A program made the translations under genes and the position numbers. Positions 35,024-41,963 of a DNA stretch of 41,963 nucleotides are shown piece by piece. Within the stretch, counting starts at the first letter, position 1, and each line of letters begins with the position of its first letter. The stretch comes from Octopus bimaculoides (lineage: Eukaryota), in the NCBI RefSeq assembly GCF_001194135.2, contig NC_068983.1, positions 57,041,856 through 57,083,818 on the forward strand, in the 5' to 3' direction. The notes under the pieces were generated by a model. That model ran no database searches. It saw nothing but the letters and a program-made list of their open reading frames with translations, and was not told the DNA's origin.

Positions 35024-35140
35024 TTATATATACATATATATACATACATATATTCATGTGTGTTTGTTGTGTGTGTGTGCCCGCGTGCGTGCGTGTGTAA
35101 AACAGTTAGATTCGGTTCTATGAGAATTAATGTTTCGCAG

Positions 35141-35190
35141 ACCTCTTACAGAAACCAATCTGGTTCAAAATCACATTACTGAATGGAGAA
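35141..35190 (+). CDS. Candidate exon (50 nt)
   Basis: AATTAATGTTTCGCAG acceptor and GAA|GTAAGG donor. PLTETNLVQNHITEWR or LLQKPIWFKITLLNGE. Confidence 0.3.
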
Positions 35191-35774
35191 GTAAGGAAAA
35201 TCCAAGATGGCTACTGAATATGGGGTGTTATTGGTGTAGGCGAGTCACATGGTGTTGTGAAAAGTGAGATCAGCATTCAAGTGATACCAGATGCATTATA
35301 AAGGAAAATTACTTGGATTGCGTACCTGGGCAAGAAACTAATGGCGCTTTGGTGTTTGGTGGACCTTTGAATGTATTTTCAAACCGAAAGAAGCATATAT
35401 ATAGATCTGTGTATGTGTGTGTGTGTGTGTGATTGAGTATTTGTGTGTGTTAGTGTAGAAATATATACAAACAAATACAAACATATAGATTTACATTCAC
35501 CACGCGCAACTTATCACACGGAAACGCTGTAACTTGTCTTTCTAAGAAATAGAATTGCTTAATTTTAATATGGAAATAATCTTTCAGTGAGAAAAAAAAA
35601 AAAAATCTCACGCCAAGATCAACTTGCGTATCAATGAAAAAAATTTATAAAAACACACAATAAAGTAGGTTTTTAATAATTAACCAAACCATGTGAATGA
35701 TATAAACTAGATGTGTGATATATGTAGAAAATGGCATTTTTACAAGAAATTTAATGAACGTCTTGTTTTCATTT

Positions 35775-35801
35775 ATTGCTGCTGTTGCTGCTGTTGTTGC
35801 G

Positions 35802-35848
<47 letters not shown>

Positions 35849-35893
35849 TATCATTATTACTATTATTATTATTATTACTATTATTATTATTAC

Positions 35894-35941
<48 letters not shown>

Positions 35942-35968
35942 TAATATTATTATTATTATTATTACTAA

Positions 35969-36059
<91 letters not shown>
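35775..36059. repeat. (GCT/GTT)-(ATT)n-(ATC)n compound microsatellite
   Basis: Visible directly. Runs into an N-gap. Confidence 0.95.
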
Positions 36060-36420
36060 NNNNNNNNNNNNNNNNNNNNNNNNNNNNNNNNNNNNNNNNN
36101 NNNNNNNNNNNNNNNNNNNNNNNNNNNNNNNNNNNNNNNNNNNNNNNNNNNNNNNNNNNNNNNNNNNNNNNNNNNNNNNNNNNTATATATATATATATAT
36201 ATATATATTCATGCAAATATACATATACACACAAATATATATACATGTGTGTGTGTTTCGGTGTGTGTTTGTGAGAGAGAGAGAGGGTATGTGTGAGTGA
36301 GCATGCGTGTGCATTGAGTGTGTTCGAATGAGAAAGAACGCCTGTCGAAGGCTTTGGCGAAATTGGATTAACAGCAAGTTTTAACGGATGAAAATTAATC
36401 TTTTGGGGATCATTTTACAG

Positions 36421-36460
36421 ACTGGGAAGGTTTGAAACGTCAGCACGTCTATATCGATAT
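36421..36460 (+). CDS. Candidate exon (40 nt)
   Basis: CATTTTACAG acceptor and TAT|GTAAGG donor. WEGLKRQHVYID is in phase with 35141-35190. Confidence 0.3.
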
Positions 36461-36896
36461 GTAAGGTAGACAAGAGGTCTATTTAACCAGCACTTTAGCT
36501 TTTTTTTTCAGTAATTCTATACTGCTTACAATTACTTCCAATATGGCTTCATCTTGTAGAGGAGACAGAAGAGACAGAAAGAACGAGAAAAGAAATATCG
36601 GTTATTTAAATTTCAAAATCACAAAAAGAAATAATTAGAAAAAATTTTGAATGGAAATACAATAAAAGATAATTATGAAAATTTGACAATTAAGTAAAGG
36701 ATAAACTTTCAAGACAGGCAGCAAGCTTAGCTGCATATCTGAACATCAGATTTTTATGATATAAACTTATGAAAAACAATTACAACTCACGTAAATTGTC
36801 AAACGCAGAGAAATCTAGAGAGTAGTCAAAGGTTTCGAAGAGAGCGAAAAAGAGAAAATATTAACGCTTTAGTTTCGTTCCGTTTCCTGGAGCTAT

Positions 36897-36965
36897 ATAT
36901 TCGGTTGGTGCATAATTATTGCGGCTTTTTTTCAACAAATTTTATTCAGCAAAAACAATAACAAG
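36897..36965 (+). mobile_element. Mariner-type terminal inverted repeat (single end)
   Basis: TATATTCGGTTGGTGCATAATTATTGCGGCTTTTT resembles the Hsmar1/MADE1-type TIR TTAGGTTGGTGCAAAAGTAATTGCGG. Confidence 0.7.
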
Positions 36966-37308
36966 TTCAAATTCCACCGAGGTCGACTTTACCTTTCATC
37001 CTTTCGGGGTCAATTAAATGAGTACCAGTTACGCAGTGGGGTCGATATAATATATTTAATCCGTTTGTCTGTCCTTATTTGTCCGCCTTGTGGGCACTAA
37101 AGAAATAAGAAACGTTAGCACACCGGGCGAAATACTTAGCGGTATTGCGTTTGTCTTTACATTCTGAGTTCAAATTCCGCTGGGGTCGACTTTGCCTTTC
37201 ATCCTTTCGGTGTTGATAAATTAAGTACCAGTTACGTACTGGCGTTGGTCTAATCGACTGGTCCCCTCCCCCAAAATTTAGGGCATTGTGCCTACAATAG
37301 GAAAGAAT
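36965..37308 (+). mobile_element. SINE family A dimer, 5'-truncated
   Basis: Junction CTAAAGAAATAAGAAACGTTAGCAC at about 37097-37121. Confidence 0.85.
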
Positions 37309-37394
37309 ACTATGATTCTTCTTTCAAAAACCGAATACCATTCCTCCCGCTCAGTCCCTTAACTATAAAACTCTAGTAGCATGTATAAATCAGT

Positions 37395-37610
37395 AAGGTG
37401 GAGAGCTAGCAGAAGCACTACCGCGACGGGCAAAATAGTTAGCGACATTTCACCCGACTTCACTTCCTGCATTCAAATTCCTCAGCGGTTAACGTCACTT
37501 TTCATCCTTCCAGAGTCAATGGAATAAGATTTACTTAGGCACTGGAGTCGATGCTATTGACTTACTTGTTCCTCTAAATTGTTGGCCTTGAGCCAAAATT
37601 TGTAATTTAG
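37395..37610 (+). mobile_element. Diverged family A-related SINE
   Basis: GAGAGCTAGCAGAAGC head, TTCAAATTCC, TTTTCATCCTTCCAGAGTCAAT core, GGCCTTGAGCCAAAATTTG tail. Confidence 0.6.
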
Positions 37611-37629
37611 AAAATCTGTTAAAAACTTG

Positions 37630-37885
37630 AAAATGATTGTCCTAGATGCACGTCTCGTTTCTGGTTTTTAAATACTGATTATCCGGGTTCCAATTGTAGT
37701 ACATGAGCCTCAGATTTTCCTTAGTGCACCGCATCTTTTTGTCCTCCATTTTGTGAGCTGAGTAATCATGCTTGTTACTCATTCAGCAGAAACTTATCTT
37801 CTTTAAATGTTCGTGAACAATTCGATCAATCAACGCCAAAATCCCAGAATAAGCACTTTCGCATGCAGCACCACTCATTAATCTT
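37630..37885 (-). mobile_element. Degenerate mariner transposase fragment
   Basis: IVHEHLKKISFC* then EDKKMRCTKENLRL...NPDNQYLKTRNETCI, aligning by eye with the region from L..RKV.ARWVP to the first DDD aspartate (TGDETW). Confidence 0.5.
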
Positions 37886-37919
37886 TGCAGGATACTCAAC
37901 AGCAACAACGTGTCACCGT

Positions 37920-38300
37920 TTACCATTTACTTGTTTTTAGTCATTAGACTACAGTCATTCTGGAGCACCGCCTTCAAGTATTTTCGCCGAGAAAATCGCC
38001 CCAGTACATATCATTTTAAAATCTGGCTCTTATCCGGTCGGTCTCTTATGCCGAACTACTAAGTTACAAGGACGTAAACACACCAATACCGGTTATCAAG
38101 CGGTGGTGGGTTACAAGCACATACACAAGCATACACTCACTCACACACTATCACACCCTATACGATAGACTTCTTTCAGTTTCTGTCTACCAACTCCGCT
38201 CACAAGGCCTTGGTCGGCCCGGGGTAATAGTAGAAGACACTTGCTCAAGTACCACACTGTGGGACTGCACCCGGAACCATTACTACATAGCCACGACTCA
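37920..38300 (-). mobile_element. Family C SINE
   Basis: Reverse complement: GGTTCCGGGTGCAGTCCC head, CTTGAGCAAGTGTCTTCTACTA core, GGCGGTGCTCCAGAATGAC tail. Confidence 0.75.
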
Positions 38301-38859
38301 AATAATTACAGAGATTGCTCTGACCGTGATTCATCTTCAAAGGATCCACCCCACCCACCGCTTCCTTGATGGCATTCATCATAGATTTACATTTCTTTCG
38401 GTTTAGTTGTCTCCAGTCTCAAAAATACATTAATTTCTGATTCTGATTTTCTTCGATCATCGTCAATTTTTGCGATATTTTATTGCTTTTCAAGTGTAGT
38501 ATGTACCATACTTTTCTGTACCAACGTAGTTATGTAAAAAAATAAAAAAAACGAAAGAGAGAGAGAGAGACAGATAGCCCCTTAGCCCGTTCCGTCTTTG
38601 CCTCAGAACAACAACTACGAAATGACACCTAGAGAGAGACCTGCACCTGCAATAGGCTGGTACTGACCTAAAAGGTTAAATGATAAAACTGATCTCAACG
38701 GGACTTGAACTGACAATACAGAGAAGCCAAACATATGCTGCAACACATTCTATTTGCTGCTCCAACCTCTCCCGTTATAACAGTTTACAATAAGGCAATA
38801 AAGATATTGTGATTTAGAGAGCTTGCTTATAATTACACTTCTGGTTTGACCTGGGAGCC

Positions 38860-39520
38860 ATGAAATAACAATTACAGTAATATGTTTTGAAATCCTGAAA
38901 ACATCTGCAGTTGTTCAGTATCTCGTTCCCATAGCTACTCGGTTTTTTGATGAACAGACAAGATAAAAATTTATCAAAATAGAAGTAGAATATGTTTTCA
39001 AGACGAATCTTCAATTTACTCCTCTGACCTGAAAATGAAATTGAAATGTCAAGGAAGATATTTTATTAAGAATTGATAGCTATAATTTTAATTTACTAAT
39101 CTGTGATTTACATCTGTCATTAATCCCGGAAATAATTTAGATGCCTGTGGATTTAGAAAGAAATAAAATTGTTCAAGAAAATTGTAATTAAAACTTTTTT
39201 CTAGATCAGAACAACAGCCTGAATTAATTTTAATGTTGTGTCAAGAGAGAAAGCGACATAATATTAAACAACACTTTGCAATATAACACTAAAGAATGCT
39301 TATCACAGAGGCTAATAATGAGATGTGTGATTATTATTTCGAAAATGACTTCCCAAATCTCATTTCAACATTTCTTAGCGAAAAGTTAAACAACATCAGT
39401 AACATGATGTGCGAGATAGTAAGAAGATGATTTGCAAAGAAATAGATCGAGCAAGTTGTTGAAAACGAATAAAGAAATCGCCGAGGTAATAAGGAGAGTT
39501 GATTAAATTTTCAAGCAAAT
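38860..39520 (+). mobile_element. Highly decayed hAT-like transposase remnant
   Basis: QYLVPIATRFFDE, CFQDES, MPVDLE and YYFENDFPNLISTFL appear in the expected order for hAT core segments. Many stops. Confidence 0.3.
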
Positions 39521-39552
39521 AATGTTCATTATGACAAGCTAAACAACAATTA

Positions 39553-39720
39553 GCATATTCACTTGTGTATAGGTCACACTCTTATATAAGTCGCATTTGT
39601 GTATAAGTCGCATTTGTGTATAAGTCGCATCTCTAGTGTTAAATCTGGGAACAAAAATTTCCCCTTCATATTGAGACTTGATATCAGTTTTCATATTGAG
39701 ACTTGATATCAGTTTTCTAC
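39553..39720. repeat. MITE-like remnant with 17-bp x3 and 25-bp x2 tandem repeats
   Basis: TATAAGTCGCATTTGTG units at about 39586-39633. TTCATATTGAGACTTGATATCAGTT is exact at 39665-39689 and 39690-39714. TATAAGTCGCA resembles Tc2/pogo-type subterminal repeats. Confidence 0.7.
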
Positions 39721-39789
39721 CGTGTATAATTTTATTTTTATTCATTTTTGTCTTTTTTTTTGTTAAAATCAAGTATAAAATAGTGCGAC

Positions 39790-40040
39790 TCTTACTGCTA
39801 CTCTGTCGATTATGACGTCGTGGGTTCCAGTTGATCCGATGAACGAAACAGCCTGCTTGTGAGCCTTTCACAGACACTCGTAACCCTCAACATAGTTCTC
39901 AGGGAGATTCAGTGATACAGAATGTGATAAGGCTGGCCCTGTGAAATACACGTATTACAAATTTTTGTCGGGTGTGTGGATTGAAGCAACGTGAAATAAG
40001 GCTCAAGAATACAACGCGCCGCCGATAATCGGTGCGACTC
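39790..40040 (-). mobile_element. tRNA-headed SINE, diverged
   Basis: Reverse complement: GAGTCGCACCGATTATCGGCGGCGCGTTGTATTCTTGAGCCTTATTTCACGTTGC, similar in style to 4600-4885. Confidence 0.6.
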
Positions 40041-41107
40041 TAATACGAGTAAATACGGTGGTTTAATGTAAAAGAGTAGGCAATTCGTGGTTTAGAAGTA
40101 TGAAATTCTGTAAAGTCATGTGACTGACAGTAAATGAACTGGTTTCAAGGTAATTAGTTCTCTTCGTGATGTTCTAATTTGTTATGCAGCTTAGATTTTG
40201 CTATAATTGCAGCACAAAGGGGCACATAATTTCTAGTTAGAAAAGAACTACCTATGTAATATTTACTTATGTAAGATTTGAAATAAGGCCTGGCCGAGTT
40301 GTTTATGACTTTGGCTCATAGTTATAACGTTAGTTCAATTCCAGAACCTAACGAGCAGTGTGCTGAAACTTTGACCAAGGAGCTTCATTCCACGTTAATC
40401 TTCTCTACGCCGCTAGAGCGTTGACCCAGCTTTCAGTAATGGTTTCTTCGCCACTGAAGATGTTAACAAGATTATAAAATACTGTTCCGTGGCTCCCAGA
40501 TCAATGCACACGCATCATGTGCAGCCCTTTCTCTATTGCAAATATTGTTATCATTTTTATAGTTCAGTGAATTTATAGTAAGAATGGCACCCAGCTATTG
40601 ATAGAAGTCCCCTAACAAAATGAAAATATCCAAATTTGCAGCAATCATTCCTCGTATGACTGATTGACAATGGATATCCAAAAGTATCTAAACAATGCAT
40701 TTGCAGGAGATTGGTATAGTGGGTTAAATTGATAACATTATCTATTTGTAATTAGTTTATTACGTTTTTGACAGAAAAAAAGCTAAAGATTAGACACTTG
40801 TGAAAGTTTCAATTAGAATATAAGGTGCTGAAATTACATACAGTTAGTCATTTTGTGTTATTACAGAACTGAACTGCCAATTCAATGGTCCTTACTTTAA
40901 ATCTAAATCATCAGCATTTCTATTGTATTAATATTGTGTCTTTCAATTACATTATTTTATTTAACTTTTGGGAATATATATATGCTGTTGTGTCTGGGAA
41001 GAGCCATTCTCTTTCGGTGCCTTATAATTTAACATATTCACCGGTAAAATTTTCACTTATTTCTTTTTTTAGTTTATGACGGATATTTGTCTCATCTTGC
41101 TTGCTGT

Positions 41108-41153
41108 TAGCATAACGTTTCGGCTGATATACCTTCCAGCCTTCATCGGGAAT
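41108..41153 (-). ncRNA. Degenerate hammerhead copy
   Basis: Reverse complement CCGATGA-A-GGCTG..CAGCC-GAAA-CGTT. U4 changed to C and stem I is unpaired. Confidence 0.45.
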
Positions 41154-41180
41154 GAGAACCTAGGTTCGAAATTTCCACAA

Positions 41181-41226
41181 GACACCTGATGAAGGCTGGA
41201 GAGTATATCAGCCGAAACGTTGTGTT
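41181..41226 (+). ncRNA. Minimal type I hammerhead ribozyme (Penelope-type)
   Basis: GACAC-CTGATGA-A-GGCTG(GAGAGTATAT)CAGCC-GAAA-CGTT-GTGTT. Stem I 5 bp, stem II 5 bp, loopless palindromic ACGT stem III, one extra A after the core. Confidence 0.7.
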
Positions 41227-41520
41227 AACAACAAACAAGATGAAAACAAATATCCCTCAAATCTAAATAATGTAAATAAAGTTCGATGACTGCCTTACAA
41301 AAATAGAAAATGTTCTAGTTACATTAGAACTACATTAAAACAACTTCTTATGGGAAATTTCAATCTGCCCAATGTCGGATGGCCTGAAGGACTTCCTTTC
41401 CCAGGAATGGCGCGTTGGGGACAAGGACAGGTGAAGTCTCCCCTGAGCCTCATCAACGCTTTGTACATGGAACAATAGTACTCCAACCAACCCGGGCAGG
41501 TAATATACTTGTTTGTTGTT

Positions 41521-41566
41521 AAAACAACGTTTCGGCTGATTTACCCTCCAGCCTTCATCAGGTGTC
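41521..41566 (-). ncRNA. Minimal type I hammerhead ribozyme, second copy
   Basis: Reverse complement GACAC-CTGATGA-A-GGCTG(GAGGGTAAAT)CAGCC-GAAA-CGTT-GTTTT. One stem I mismatch. Confidence 0.65.
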
Positions 41567-41641
41567 TTGGGAAAATTTCGAACCTGGGTTCTTATTCCCA
41601 AGACATTTTTCGATGTTATTATTATCATTATTATTATTATT

Positions 41642-41963
41642 ATTGTTCAGTAGTTTATTTTTATAACGTGCTTTCACTTCATTACCGAGGGCAGCTCTGT
41701 GCGCCTTGGGTATGTGCTGTGGTTTGCTGTGGTGCTCTTGTGGTTACTGTATTGAAAGTGCTTTGCGTAGGATGTGTGCTGTGCCCAGTAGTGCAATTTT
41801 CTGTATGCTATATATATTTGTAAGTCCTGGTGTTTTTGTTATGTATTTGTCTAAATATTTTTTATTATACCTAAGGCACCTACTATAATAGGAATTGTTT
41901 CTGTTTTTAGATTCCACATTCCAGTTACCTCTATTTCCAGGTCTTTGTATTTTGAAAGTTTTT
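41642..41963 (-). mobile_element. RLE-type non-LTR retrotransposon C-terminus and 3' UTR (runs off the window)
   Basis: KLSKYKDLEIEVTGMWNLKTETIPIIVGALG / KYLDKYITKTPGLTNIYSIQKIALLGTAHILRKALSIQ*, with (AAT)n tail. Confidence 0.9.

Noticed and set aside
39586-39714. Short direct repeats as a CRISPR-like array
   Set aside because: Units are contiguous with no spacers, and the context is eukaryotic TE DNA.

Overview
AT-rich eukaryotic scaffold with 8 N-gaps, dense microsatellites and many retroposon and DNA-transposon remnants. The SINE families and repeat style suggest an octopus/coleoid genome (inference, not verified). No intact long ORF, rRNA, true tRNA or CRISPR array is present. Main finding: by manual splice-site and frame reading I can chain about 20 minus-strand exon-like segments from 25269 down to about 8680. 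They encode a signal peptide, an N-glycosylation-rich beta-sandwich-like ectodomain, one TM helix and a weakly kinase-like tail. Several 5' exons are open, while those from 11622 downward carry stops and frameshifts, so this is probably a decaying receptor-kinase-like gene. Other highlights: a Helitron-like element carrying a telomere-like TTAGGG array, a cluster of Penelope-type minimal hammerhead ribozymes, a Penelope RT remnant, dimeric SINEs (one pair inside a single 18-bp TSD), a SINE/LINE shared 3' tail, and a 265-bp-arm inverted repeat. All family assignments are by-eye motif recognition without database searches. Repeat boundaries are approximate.
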